Below the pieces are notes generated by a model. It was not told where the DNA came from. It saw only the letters and a program-made list of their open reading frames with translations, and did no database searches. Shown here piece by piece: positions 1 to 12,182 of a stretch of DNA of 64,000 bases (position 1 is its first letter; the number at the start of each line of letters is the position of its first letter). A program made the position numbers and the translations under genes. Source of the stretch: Octopus sinensis (lineage: Eukaryota); the NCBI RefSeq assembly GCF_006345805.1, contig NC_043010.1:16120001-16184000 (forward strand), given 5' to 3'.

Positions 1-398
1 GGCCGTAGCCAGTACCGCATTCACTGGCCTCCGTGCTGTGGGCACGTAACAAACACCATCCGATCGTGGCCGTTCGCCAGCCTTGTCTGGCACCTGTGTC
101 GGTGGCACATAAAAACGCCATCCAAGCGTGGCCGTCTGCCAGCCTCGTCTGGCACCTGTGTCGGTGGCACATAAAAAACACCATCCGAGCGTGGCCGTCT
201 GCCAGCCTCGTCTGGCACCTGTGTCGGTGGCACACAAAATCCACTACACTCTCGGAGTGGTTGGCGTTAGGAAGGGCATCCAGCTGTAGAAACACTGCCA
301 GATCTGACTGGCCTGGTGCAGCCTTCGGGCTTGCCAGACCCCAGTTGAACCGTCCAACCCATGCTAGCATGGAAAGCGGACGTTAAACGATGATGATG

Positions 399-405
<7 letters not shown>
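1..405 (+). mobile_element. RTE-LINE 3' tail / short RTE-derived retroposon with 3 internal ~63-bp units and (GAT)n tail
   Basis: Units start GGCAC at 41, 104, 166 and 229. The terminus GGAGTGGTTGGCGTTAGGAAGGGCATCCAGC...CCCATGCTAGCATGGAAAGCGGACGTTAAACGATGATGAT recurs more than 10 times in the window. The same units lie directly downstream of the RTE RT at 810-960. Confidence 0.8.
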
Positions 406-437
<32 letters not shown>

Positions 438-439
438 GT

Positions 440-655
440 TCTTTTATTCTTTTCTTTTACATTTTTACTTGTTTCAGTCATTTGACTGTGGCCATGCTGG
501 AGTACCACCTTGAAGGGTTTTAGTCAAAGAAATTGACCCCGGACTTATATTTTAAGCCTAGCACTTATTCTATCGATCTCGTTTGCCAAACCACTAAGTT
601 ACAGGGACATAAACACACCAACATTGGTTGTCTAGCAATGGTGGGGGGGACAACC
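440..655 (-). mobile_element. tRNA-derived SINE family A, 3' half
   Basis: TTTTACTTGTTTCAGTCATTTGACTGTGGCCATGCTGGAG matches the tail of full copies at 8475, 15690, 17167, 18279 and 52691. Confidence 0.75.
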
Positions 656-809
656 ACAGCATTTGGCATGCTTGAGAAGACTTGGCAAGCGCAAGTGAGA
701 CCATAACCTTGTGGCCTGTGCCAGGGGTGTAACCAATCCACTTATGCATGCCTTTCCTTCATTGGACCCTAAACTCTGCTTCGAAAGACTTGAGGCAACG
801 ACCTCACTC

Positions 810-3200
810 GAATCTTTTTACACGTGCCACCAGCACAGGTGCCAGTAAGATGACACTGGTAATGATCATGCTCGAATGGTGCTTTTTTCATGCCACCGGC
901 AAGGAAGCCAGTCAGCTGCTCTGGCAATGATCACGCTCGGATGGTGCTCTTAGCACTCCACTAGCACGGATGCCAGTCATCGAATTTGATTTCAATTTCG
1001 ATTTCACTTGCCTCAACAGGTCTTTGCAAGCAGGATTTAGTGTCCAATGAAGGAAAGGTACGCATAATTGGGCTGGTTACACCCCTGGCATAGGCCTTGA
1101 GGTCATGGTCTCACTTGGCTTGCTGGGTCTTCTCAAGCACAGCATATTTCGAAAGGTCTCGGTCACTAGTCATTTCCTCAGTGAGGCCTAATGTTCAAAG
1201 GCTGTGCTTCACCATCTCATCTCAGGGCTTTCTGGGTCTACCTCTTCCACAGTTTCCCTCAACCGCTAGGGTGTGGCACTTTTTCACACAGCCATCCTCA
1301 TCCATTCTTGCCACATGACCATACCAGTACAGTTGTCTCTCTTGCACACCACATCTGATGCTTCTTTGGTCCAACTTTTCTCTCAAGGTACTTACACTCT
1401 GTCGAATATGCATTACACATCCAGCAGAGCATACTGGCTTCATTCTTTGCAAGCTTACGCATGTCCTCAGCAGTCACAGGCCATGTTTCACTGCCATGTA
1501 GCATGGCTGTTTGTACACATGCATCATACAGTCTACCTTTTACTTTGAGTAAGAGGTCCTTTATCACCAGCAGAGGTAAGAGCTCTCTGAACTTTGCCCA
1601 AGCTATTCTTACTCTAGCAGTTACACTTTCAATGCATCCACTCCCGCTACTGACTTGGCCACCTAGGTAACAGAAGCTATCAACTACTTCTTGATTTTTT
1701 CCCTGGAATGTGGCAGAAGTTGTTCTCTGCACATTTTCAGTGTTTATCGCTCCTGAGCTTCTGCCACATACAAAAACTATCTTCCCAATTAGCCTTCCTT
1801 TGACATTGCTGCACCTCTTATGTATCCATAGCTTACACTGGATACACCTTATACAGTTTCTACCTACGCCTTTTCTACAGATCGAGCAGGTCCAACTACC
1901 CGAAGGGATTTGTGGTTTGTCTGCCTTTCTACGTATTAGGACTTTGGTTGACTCTACGACCCTTCGATTCTAATCCTTGCTTCCACACCTGAAACTTTTC
2001 CTCTAGTTCTGATAGTGACTCAGCAATTAGAGCAAGGTCATCAGCATAGAGGAGCTCCCAGGAGCATCCTGTCTTGAATTCCTCCGTTATTGTCTGGAGG
2101 ACTATGATAAATAGGAGGGGGCTGAGGACTGAACCTTGGTGGACCCCCACCTCTACCCAGAATTCTTCGCTGTTCTCGTTGCCAACCCTCACCTTACTGA
2201 CAGTGTCCCTTTACATTGCTTGCACAGCTCTCACTAACCATTCATCTATCCCTAGTTTCCTCATTGACCACCAGATAAGGGATCGAGAGACCCTGTCAAA
2301 GTCTTTCTCCATGTCAATGAAAGCCAGGTACAGGGGCTTATCTTTGGCTAGGTATTTCTCCTGCAGCTGTCTTACCAGAAATATGGCATCAGTGGTGCTT
2401 TTCCCTGGCACAAAACCAAACTGCATCTCATCCAAACTGACTCTCTCCCTAATTAGTTGAGCTATGACCCTCTCTATGACTTTCATTACCTGTTCCAACA
2501 GCTTGATACCTCTGTAATTATTTGTATCTAGGGCGTCACCTTTACCTTTGTAGCAGTTGACTATTATGCTGCTACACCAGTCATTGGGTATGACTCCTTC
2601 GTGTATCACTTGGTTAACTATATGGGTGACTAGGCTATAGCCGACACTGCCAGATATTTTGAGCATCTCTGCAGTGATTCCTGATGGGCCGGGGGCTTTC
2701 CCTGTCTTCATACTCTTGATTGTTTTATCTACCAAGGTACTGTCAATTCGGATAGCTGGTCCCTCTTTTGGGTCAACATTTGGCAGACTCTCTTTCTCCC
2801 ATTCATTTTCTTTATTCGGCAACCTTTCATAGTGGCGTCTCCAAACCTCTCTCATTGCATCCTCATTTAGTGCAAGTGAACCATCATCCATGCGAACACA
2901 TTTCTCTCCTATCACATCATGATTCTCTCTCACACGAAATACCTCAAGTCTTTGGTCTTCACAGCACAGAACATCAGAAAATTTTTTCTTATCTGCTTCC
3001 CCTCTGGCTAAATAAACCTGCCTCTGCTACCACCGTTCTTCCAATCCTGCCAAGCCTGTTTCTTTTCTCTAATAACCCTGTCAACAACATTATTCCACAA
3101 CCACATTATTTTGGGTCGAGAGGGGACTTTGCACCATCCAAAGATCTGATCAGTGGCTCTCAGCAGGTTGTCCCATAGAAACCTCCAGTTGTCTTCCACA
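810..3200 (-). mobile_element. RTE-clade LINE, 5'-truncated, decayed
   Basis: Collinear RT fragments on the minus strand, followed by a 3' UTR (810-1140) with ~63-65-bp units. Confidence 0.9.
1222..2933 (-). pseudogene. RTE ORF2 reverse transcriptase, frameshifted
   Basis: ORFs 2211-2933 (KAPGPSGI, NYRGIKLL, QFGFVPGKSTTDAIF, FIDMEKDFDRV), 1929-2192 (GVHQGSVLSPLLF, LLYADDLAL), 1298-1732 (FCYLG, MLHGSETW) and 1222-1452 (WYGHVARM, GRGRPRK). Confidence 0.92.
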
Positions 3201-3355
3201 TCGTGTGAAGCTATATATGTGTATGTATGTATGTATGTATGGATGGATGCATATATGTATGTATGTATATATATATATATATATGTGACCTCGTGTGTAT
3301 CGTTGGCAATTTTTTTTCCTCTGTCTTCCCTTCTCTGGATCTTTCCTTCTCCTAT

Positions 3356-3390
3356 GTTTCCGACGAAGAGCTCTGCTCGAAACTTTAAAC
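3356..3390 (+). ncRNA. minimal type-I hammerhead-like motif (variant core CCGACGA) in a PLE pLTR-like unit (~3285-3480)
   Basis: GTTT-CCGACGA-A-GAGC-TCT-GCTC-GAAA-CT-TT-AAAC: stem I GTTT/AAAC, stem II GAGC/GCTC. The unit is flanked by (TA)n on both sides. Confidence 0.55.
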
Positions 3391-3486
3391 CCTCCTTCTT
3401 TCCTGAGCATCCATAAATACTAATTTGTTCCATGTCCTCGCGTTGTTGTGTTTTTTTGTGTTTTCTTGTTTTGGATTAACTATATA

Positions 3487-3527
<41 letters not shown>

Positions 3528-3605
3528 ATATATACGAGTGTATGTATGCATTTATATATTGTTTCAACCCATGCCAGCATAGACAACGGATGTTAAATGA
3601 TGATG

Positions 3606-5165
3606 ATAATAATAATAATAATAATAATTGTGTACAGTGCTCAGGTGCACTACAACTCATCTAAAGTGTATATATAATCAGGTGTAGTTTCGGCGGATTT
3701 CGGAAAGCATGAGGGCCTTAAAAGATGCAGTGTCATGGCAGTCAACAACTGACGCAGGCAGTTTATTCCATGCTTCAGCAACTCTGAGCGTGAAAAAATG
3801 TTTCCAAAAGTCATGGGAGCTGTATTGTTTTCTGACTTTGTAGGCATGTCCACGTGTGTTAGACACATGGAGATCAAAAGGTGTTCAGTGTTGTGTTTGG
3901 TGAGGTGGTTGATAACTTTGTGGGTGTTTACCAAGTCCGTCGCCAAACGCCGGAGCTTCAGTGAATCCATGCCCAGGGAAACAAGGCGCTCAGAATATGG
4001 TAGGTGTCTGATGGAGGGTATGCGTTTGGTGCACGTCTCTGGACAGATTCCAGGAGGTCAATGTTCTGTGCAAGATAGGGGTTCCAAACTGATGATGCGA
4101 ATTCAAGTGTGGTCGTACCATAGCTGTATACAGTTTTAAATAGATGGCTGGAGAGCGGCTAACAAAAGACCTGCTGAGTGATGCCAAGACACCCTCGGCC
4201 TTCCTGACAATCTTAGAGATATGCTTTGACCAACGCAAATCACTGCTGACAGTGATGCCTAGGTCACGCTCGCAAGAGGATTTCTTGATATCAGTGTTGT
4301 GGAGGAGTATGTGAACGCAGGGTTTTTTCTCCCAAAATGCATGGTGGACACTTGTCCACAGCCAGTTTCAGTTGCCAGTCTGTGATCCATTGCTTTGCTG
4401 CATGTGCTAGGTCTGATTGCAGGAAAGAGTTGTAGACATCAGGATCTGTCCTCTTGATTTCAAGGTACAGCTTGATGTCGTCTGCATATTTCAATACTGT
4501 GGCATTCTTTAATTGGCATCTATGTCGTTAATGTATGCCACAAACAGAGGGGACCAAGGACAGATCCCTGTGGTACACCCGATGACATCTCATATGGTGT
4601 AGAGTGCTGTCCTAGAACTGTGACTACCTCCTTTCGGCTGAGGATGAAGGATTTCAACCAGTTAAAAAGGTCATCCCCCACACCCATTGCAGAGAGTTTC
4701 ACCATAAGCCTTTTGTGTGGCACAGAGTTGAAAGCCTTAGCAAAGTCAAGGTAGACAACATCCACCCATGAGCCACTGTCAGTAATCTGAGTAATGTCCT
4801 CAGGAACTCGACAGCTGGTCACTGCAGCTGGAGTTAGGACAAATCCATATTGTGAGGGTCGGATGAGACTGTGAGAGCTCCAGAAGTTTCAAGAGTGTTT
4901 CTCTGACACACGATTCCATCAGTTTTGCAATACAGCTAGTGAGACTGACTGGGCGATAGTTGACAGGTGATGTGCGGTCGCCCTTTTTGAACAGAGGAAT
5001 GACACTGGCAGTTTTCCACTGCTCCGGAGTAGCACCATTGTTGAGACAGTACTGGAAGAAAATAGAAAGCTGGTGTAAAAGGAAGTGCCTGCCACGTTTG
5101 AGAAGCAGGTATGTAACTCCATCGAGACCAGGGGAGGCATAGTTGCGCTTATTTTGAAGGTGACG
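3606..5165 (-). mobile_element. CR1/L2-group LINE, 5'-truncated, with (ATT)n tail
   Basis: Minus-strand fragments SPGLDGV, WKTASVIPLFKKGDR, NYRPVSLTS, VYLDFAKAFNSVPH, GVPQGSVLGP, KYADDIKLY, LYTAMVRPHL, TRGH...FFTLRVAEAWNKLP. (AAT)n at 3606-3629. Confidence 0.9.
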
Positions 5166-5459
5166 TCGCATGATGATGATGATGTGTGTGTATGTATGTA
5201 TAAACACAGCTGCATCTAACATGATGGGGTTTGAAAACTGATATGATATGTAAATCTCTTCTCCCCAACTTATGGGAGGTATGTAAAATATTTTAGGTCA
5301 CATCTCCCATCAATATTCTTAGTCTGGCCCTTTCAGAGTTTGGGGCTGTTTTACAACTTAAATATATGAATAGCAACTTTTAGCATCTTTTACTTCCATC
5401 ATCTTTAATATACAGAGTGAGTAGGGTGTGTGTGTCTGTGTATCTTTATGCCCGTGTGT

Positions 5460-5496
<37 letters not shown>

Positions 5497-6624
5497 TGTG
5501 TGTGTGTTCTGTATTGATGTCTATATATTTTATTTATTTTGGTCAGGAGGGAGAGGCTCTGCCCCTGATCTTTGCAGGCTCTCTAAGGCCAGAGATGTCA
5601 GCAGGGGTGGGTTTCTTAGGAGCAATTCTAAACAGAAACAAAATATGCCAGAGAAAGAATTCTGATGGGCCAACATTGCTGGAAGGAAGAATAGGGAATA
5701 ATGACTAGTGGAGTCCTTGGGATTGTGTCCATAAGATGGCTAACAGGAGATGAACAGATGAGTGGGTTGGAAGGGTTTTTGTAGATGTTACACAAGGCCA
5801 AACTGGCTCCAAGGAACAGAGGCCATTGTAGTAGCAAGCTGGTCCCTGTGTAGCACTGACCCTGTCCCAGAACTTAGAGGAACTGCATTCTGTTATGTGT
5901 TTCACTTATCAACTTTCATTCACAACACATCAGTCAGCTTGAAAGAAGATGCTTGCTCAAGGTGTCAGGCATTGGAATTGAACATGGAGTATTTTAATTG
6001 CATAACCCAACTTCATCTTAGCCTTGGCCATACTGCAGCAGTGGTTACAAAATATAAATCACCATCTTCACAGAATCGTAGGTCCGCAACCTATTGACCA
6101 GCTGACCGTCCCAGCTAGAAACTTCTCCTGGGAATAAAAGAGTCAATAAGGAGTTCTTATACATAGTCGTTTGACCTGCTAAATATAACAGTGGAATTTC
6201 TCTCAAATAAAAAAGAATGCATTCTCTCATACTCTCATGGGGTAGGCATAGCTGGAATCCCTTTGATGCTAAGTTGAGCTCATCAGAGCTACTCTGACAT
6301 TTAAATAACCAGAAAATAAATGCATTAAAAAGGCCTGAGGTATTTCGTTAGAGTGTTTGAGTGCTTTACATTCTGAGTTCAAGTTCTAGGTCTGAGATCA
6401 ACACTAGTTTTCATCCTTCTGAGGGCACTGGGAGTGGTGGTGGGGGGGGGAAAGAAGAGTACATGTCATGTAGGGGGTCAATTTAATTGTCTTTAAATAA
6501 TCCTAGAACTGAGAGGAACAGCAACAGTAGTGGTGGTGGTGGTGGTGGTGGTGGTGACGGTGGCGGGGTTAGTGGTGGTGGCGGCGGCAGTGGTGGTGCT
6601 GCTGCTGTTAGTAGTAGTAGTGGT

Positions 6625-6659
<35 letters not shown>

Positions 6660-6662
6660 TAG

Positions 6663-6895
6663 TTATTTCTTTACTACCCACAAGGGGCTAAACACAGAGA
6701 GGACAAACAAGGACAGACACAAGGGTTAAGTCGGTTATATCAACACCAGTGCGTAACTGGTACCTATTTAATCGACCCCGAAAGGATGAAAGGCAAAGTC
6801 GACCTCGTTGGAATTTGAACTCAGAACTTAGTGGCAGATGAAATATTGCTAAGCATTTCGCCCGACACGCAAACGTTTCTGCCAGCTCGCCACCT
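6663..6895 (-). mobile_element. SINE family B (MetaSINE-like central domain)
   Basis: The reverse complement contains a tRNA-like head and GACTTTGCCTTTCATCCTTTCGGGGTCGATTAAATAGGTACCAG. It lies between (AGT)n tracts. Confidence 0.8.
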
Positions 6896-6934
6896 TAGTA
6901 GTAGTAGTAGTAGTAGTAGTGATTATTCTTTCTT

Positions 6935-6992
<58 letters not shown>

Positions 6993-7402
6993 TTAGTCTA
7001 CCCCTCAAAACAATAACAACAACACCCCCAACTGTTCTCCAAGAAATGTAGGACACACTGGATAATATGGTCTTAGATACACTGTGTAAAAAAACAGAAT
7101 GAATGATGATTGAAGCATGTGCTTGGTCATTGCCAGCCTGGGGTTAAATAACAATCAAAATAAGAACAAATTTAATGGCCACCATTACAACAGCAACGAC
7201 TTTAGCAACAACCACTTGTTGTCCATTACAACAGTTGCCTCTTCAACGACAATGACTTCTGCACCAAGCTCACATTATCAGTCGCAGCAATAACAACCAG
7301 CATTTCTACAATGATCACATCCCCCCATCACCGACCCATATAAACACAACATCTTGCAGTTCCTTAAGTTGGGTGGAGCCACAGGTTTTAAAGAGGGAAG
7401 AT

Positions 7403-7534
7403 ACACACACACACACACACATACACACACACACGCACACACACACACTCACACACACAAACACACTCACACACACACACTCACACACACTCACACACAC
7501 ACTCACTCACACACACACTCACACACACACACAA

Positions 7535-7566
<32 letters not shown>

Positions 7567-7573
7567 ACACACA

Positions 7574-7634
<61 letters not shown>

Positions 7635-7650
7635 ACTCACACAAACACAC
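7403..7650. repeat. (CA)n compound microsatellite
   Basis: About 250 bp of CA repeats with occasional CT/AA interruptions. Confidence 0.95.
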
Positions 7651-8116
7651 ATAGAGCAGTGATCTTTAACCAAAAGGTTTATTTACTCAATGAAACTAAA
7701 TGTATGGTTTTTAAATGTATCCATGTCAATTTATTTCTATCTTAACCGTAACAAGTCTGTCTCAGTAGCTTAAGAAATTAATACAAAGCCAAGGACTATA
7801 CTGATCTGTAAATAAACAAGACCATAAGACAACATAAGTAGTTGTAAGATACTTCCTCTCTGTAGAACAGTTGAAGTAAACATTCCTTATGAGCTGGTAA
7901 TAACCAGGGGAAACTAGTTGAGTTGTTCTTTAGTTATTTAGTTCTCAAAAGAGAGCAACCCAATTGCTCACCCACAAGGACTATTTCCTAAATACTTTAA
8001 TACTTTAAGCTACTCCTCACTCCCCCTCTCTTTCTCTCTCTATATATATATGTGTGTGTATATATATAAGCAATAATAAATCTCTGAACAAGGTATAGAC
8101 AGTAACTACATGACAA

Positions 8117-8451
8117 TGTGAAGTATATTTGCCATCTAAATATGGCTAACCACTAAGGGTGGGTGTTACTGTAGCTTGTAGCTCCAGGAGAACATCTCCA
8201 GCTGGCTACTGACACACTTTCTGTGCCCTATAAATATTTGCATTGGGACCTTTCCATCGAAAACCGGTGGTTGTCGTGTGCTGATGACGGGTCAATACAA
8301 AGAAACTGCAGTCCATGCGTATCACTTAGGTTGATAGGGCACAGAAAGTGTGTCAATAGCCAACTGGAGAAGATGTTCTCCTGGGGCTACAAGCTACAGT
8401 AACATCCACCCTTAGTGGTTAGCCATATTTAGATGGCAAATATACTTCACA
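8117..8451. repeat. long inverted repeat (arms 8117-8231 and 8334-8451), PLE pLTR-like
   Basis: TGTGAAGTATATTTGCCATCTAAATATGGCTAACCACTAAGGGT... is the reverse complement of ...CCCTTAGTGGTTAGCCATATTTAGATGGCAAATATACTTCACA, with few mismatches. Confidence 0.92.
8275..8319 (+). ncRNA. type-I hammerhead ribozyme motif (canonical core, damaged stem II)
   Basis: CGTGTG-CTGATGA-CGGGTCAATACAAA-GAAA-CTGCAG-TC-CATGCG. Stem I is 6 bp (2 G-U), stem III has the palindrome CTGCAG, and the GUC cleavage triplet ends at 8313. Confidence 0.7.
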
Positions 8452-8474
8452 CACACACACACATATATATATAT

Positions 8475-8691
8475 CTTTTACTCTTTTACTTGTTTCAGTC
8501 ATTTGACTGCGGCCATGCTGGAGCACCGCCTTTAGCCGAGCAAATCGACCCCGGGACTTATTCTTTGTAAGTAAGCCCAGTACTTATTCTATCGGTCTCT
8601 TTTGCCGAACCACTAAGTGACGGGGACGTAAACACACCAGCATCGGTTGTCAAGCAATGCTAGGGGGACAAACACAGACACACAAACACAC

Positions 8692-8754
<63 letters not shown>

Positions 8755-8918
8755 GACAGGCTTCTTTCAGTTTCCGTCTACCAAATCCACTCACAAGGCA
8801 TTGTTCGGCCCGGGGCTATAGCAGAAGACACTTGCCCAAGGTGCCACGCAGTGGGATTGAACCCGGAACCATGTGGTTGGTAGGCAAGCTACTTACCACA
8901 CAGCCACTCCTGCGCCTA
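8475..8918 (-). mobile_element. SINE family A (tRNA head plus CORE-like CCTTGGGCAAGT), full length with internal (TA)n
   Basis: The reverse complement starts GGCGCAGGAGTGGCTGTGTGGTAAGTAGC...GGTTCAATCCC (A/B boxes) and ends AAACAAGTAAAAGAGTAAAGA. Confidence 0.88.
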
Positions 8919-8946
8919 TATATATATATATATATAATGACTATGT

Positions 8947-9200
8947 GGAGGTGGATGGCTTAAAGGTTAGAGTGTTGAACACATGGTTGTAAGATTGTGC
9001 TCTCAATTCCTGGACAGGGTGATGAGCTGCATTCTTGACCAAAACACTTCATGTCCCATTGGCCAATCCACTCAGCTGGTGCAAATGGGTATTGCTGTGA
9101 GGAACTGGTGTCCCATCCAGGTGCGGAATGTATATGCCAGAGAAACCAGGAAACTGGCCAATGCTCCTTATAGCGCAATGAGGAATAACCAAACAATATA
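8947..9200 (+). mobile_element. SINE family D, diverged
   Basis: GGAGGTGGATGGCTTAAAGGTTAGAGTGTTG...TCAATTCCTGGAC resembles 34202-34455. Confidence 0.6.
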
Positions 9201-9589
9201 TAATGGACGACACTGTTGATGAGCTGCTAAAGACCAGGTGAAACTAGTTGAGTTGTTCTGTAGTAAAGGCAATGCTGTATTTCAATCATACTGTTTCCAT
9301 GGCAACTTTAAATTTATGTTTATTCAATGTATACATGGGAATTTATTTACAACCTCACCTAACACCATTCTATTATAGTACTATGTTTAGTATGTTAGTA
9401 TTTATATGGATGTGTGTGTGTGTGAATGTGAATACAAATATATACCTATTTCTGTAGACAGGTGTGCATATATGTATATATGTATGCATGTATACTCCGT
9501 ATGTTGCTTGTGGCATTATGTAACCTTATGAAAAGGATTGTGTGTTAAAGTGTAACTTGTATGCGTCTGCGTGTGTGTTTGTGTGTGTG

Positions 9590-10033
9590 TGTGTTGGTGG
9601 CACATAAAGCACAACCATACTGGTGGCACGTAAAGAACATCTTTCGAGCATTGGACCTCACAGAGGCAAATGGCTGAGTTCCTTTCATGTGTTGGGCCTC
9701 ACGGAAGTAATGACTGTGACCTTTGGCATTATATTGTAATTGAGAAGAAGACCCATCAAGCCAAGCAAAATTGCAGTTGTGGCAGGTACCAGTATTGCGC
9801 AAATTGGCACTTGCGTTGGTGGCACTTAAAAGCACCCCAGTGTCATGCAAATGGCACCCATGCTGGTGGCACATAAAAGCACTCTTGGAGTGGTTGGCAG
9901 TAGGAAAGGTATCCAGCCGTAGAAAACCATACGAAATCAGATTGGAGCCTGGTGCAGGCTTCTAGTGTGCCAGCCCAGTCAAAGCGTCCAACCCATGCCA
10001 GCATGAACAACAGATGTTAAATTTAAATGATGA

Positions 10034-10036
<3 letters not shown>
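9590..10036 (+). mobile_element. RTE 3' tail element
   Basis: GGCACATAAAAGCAC units and CCCATGCCAGCATG...GATGATGAT terminus. Confidence 0.7.
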
Positions 10037-10076
<40 letters not shown>

Positions 10077-10181
10077 CACACATATATATATATACGAGGG
10101 GCGTATATACATACACACATATATATATGTGTGTATATACATACACACATATATATACATACACACGTATATATATATATA

Positions 10182-11473
10182 CGAGGGGCGTTCAATAAGT
10201 AATGCCTCTGGCCCACTTGCAGTTTTTTGATCTAGCTGAAATTTTGCATGTGCAATTATTAATATCTTTATAGATTAAGTGGCAAATTACAGCTCTGAAC
10301 TAATTGTGGTTTCTGATTTACAGGTGTTTGAACTGAGTCAAGTGTGAAATGGAGCCTGTTGAGTGTCGAACAGTGATTCGGTTTTTGTATTTGAAAGGAC
10401 GCACACCACGGGAGACTTTTGCTGAAATGAAAGTAACTTATGGTGATGATGCTCCATCATATGACCTTGTAAAATGCTGGCATCGTGAATTCAAACATGG
10501 CCGGAACTCTGTGGAAACAGCTCCCAGATCTGGTCGCCCCACTTCTGCCATTGATGAGGTATCTGTCCGTCAAGTTGAGGCTGCCATTTTGGAGGATCGA
10601 CGCATAACTATTCGCCAAATAGTCCATGAGGTCAAGATTAGTACCAGGTCTGTGGAAACTATCATTCATGACTATTTGCATATGCAAAATGTGTCTGCCA
10701 GATGGATTCCCAGGCTGCTCACACCTTTCCAGAAGCAAGAACGCGTCGAATACTCGAGGATGAATTTGGAGATGTGCCAAGAAGATGAGTCAAACTTTTT
10801 CAAAAGACTGATTACACAGGATGAAACCTAGGTCCATCACTATGATCCAGAGACCAAAGCCCAGTCAATGCAGTGAAAGCACCGTGACTCACCTCCTCCA
10901 AAGAAGGCAAGTGTGCAGCCCTCCACTGGCAAGATCATGCTCACAATCTTCTGGGACCAGAACGGAGTAGTGATGACAGATTTCCTGGCAAAGGGTACCA
11001 CAATTACAGGAGCCTATTATGCTTCACTTTTGAGGAAATTAAGAGAAGCTATCAAAATCAAGAGGCAGGGCAAGATCAGCAAAGGCATCCTCCTCCTGCA
11101 GGACAACGCTCCGGTCCACAACTCGCGTGTCGCCAGATCAGAAGCACAGGCGTGCGGCTATGAACTCCTCCCCCATCCCCCTACTCTCCTGACCTTGCAC
11201 CCTCTGATTTTCATCTCTTCCCAGCCATGAAGTTGTTTTTGAAAGGAAAGCGTTTCCCAGATGATGCAGCCTTGATTTCTGAAGTTACGTCATGGTTGGA
11301 GGAGCAAGCTGGGGTCTTCTACAAAAACGGTCTCCAGAACTGCATCAAACAATGGGAGAAAGGCGTAACTCTGGGTGGTTCCTATGTAGAAAAAGACTAA
11401 TAACTGCGCCAATTTTCGTTGCTCTACTGCTATGGGAAGTGGGTCACGGGCATTACTTATTGAACGCCCCTCG
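10182..11473 (+). mobile_element. mariner DNA transposon, full length (~1.29 kb), TA TSD
   Basis: TIRs CGAGGGGCGTTCAATAAGTAATGCC (10182) and GGCATTACTTATTGAACGCCCCTCG (ends 11473), each flanked by TA. Confidence 0.95.
10349..11400 (+). pseudogene. mariner (D,D34D-type) transposase with two stops and a frameshift
   Basis: HTH region, SARWIPRLL, ITQDET*, LLQDNA, then YSPDLAPSDFHLF in a shifted frame. Stops at ~10829 and ~10874; ends at TAA 11400. Confidence 0.92.
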
Positions 11474-11607
11474 TATATAACGGGAAGCTTTATGAAAATA
11501 GACAAAAGACGAAGGCAGGTTTACGGAAATAAACAAAAGACGAAGGCAGGTGGAATACAAACAAACAATTGTATTAATATGGCGCTAAGGAATATAAATA
11601 AAACAAG

Positions 11608-11645
11608 TCTTTAACGTTTCGAGCCTACGCTCTTCAACAGAAAGA
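11608..11645 (-). ncRNA. minimal hammerhead motif in PLE pLTR (variant core CUGUUGA)
   Basis: Reverse complement TCTTT-CTGTTGA-A-GAGC-GTAG-GCTC-GAAA-CG-TT-AAAGA: 5-bp stem I, 4-bp stem II, palindromic AACGTT stem III. It sits where PLE hammerheads are expected. Confidence 0.72.
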
Positions 11646-12182
11646 TACACAGAGAAGAAACACAGAAAGAAGGAGAGAAAAAAAATGCATGCAGAGGCTA
11701 GCGAATCAACATGGCGATCTGATTTCGGCCAGAGGTCAAAGATCAAACGTGAGACGCAAGAGCGAAATTAGGGGAGATAATAGGGTTAAATGACCTCGCC
11801 CCAACATAAGAGTGTGTGTATGAGAGAGTATTAGTGCGTATGAGAGGTCTGGACATGTGTATGTATATATAATGTGATGTGTAAAGTCGTATGGTGTAGT
11901 GTAGAGAGAGGAGATGAGGGGAGAGGGGGGAGGTAAGGGGGAGAGATGGGAGGGTGAGGGGGAGAAAGAAAGGGGAGAAGAGGGGAGAAGGAAAGAGAGG
12001 AGAAGAGGAGGGGAGAGAAGGGGGAGAAGGAAGGAGAGGAGAGGAGGAGGGAGGATAGAGGGAGAGGGGGAGAGAGAGAGAAGGGGAATAAGGGAGCAGA
12101 GAGAAAGAGGGAGGGAGAAAGAGGGAAGAGGAGTAGGGGTGAAAGGATGAAGGACTGAAGAGAAGTAGGGGTCGGGGGGAGG

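Noticed and set aside
7315-7662. His/Thr-rich and Cys/Val-rich ORFs (and similar IY, LSIY, poly-M and poly-S ORFs elsewhere)
   Set aside because: Translations of microsatellites.
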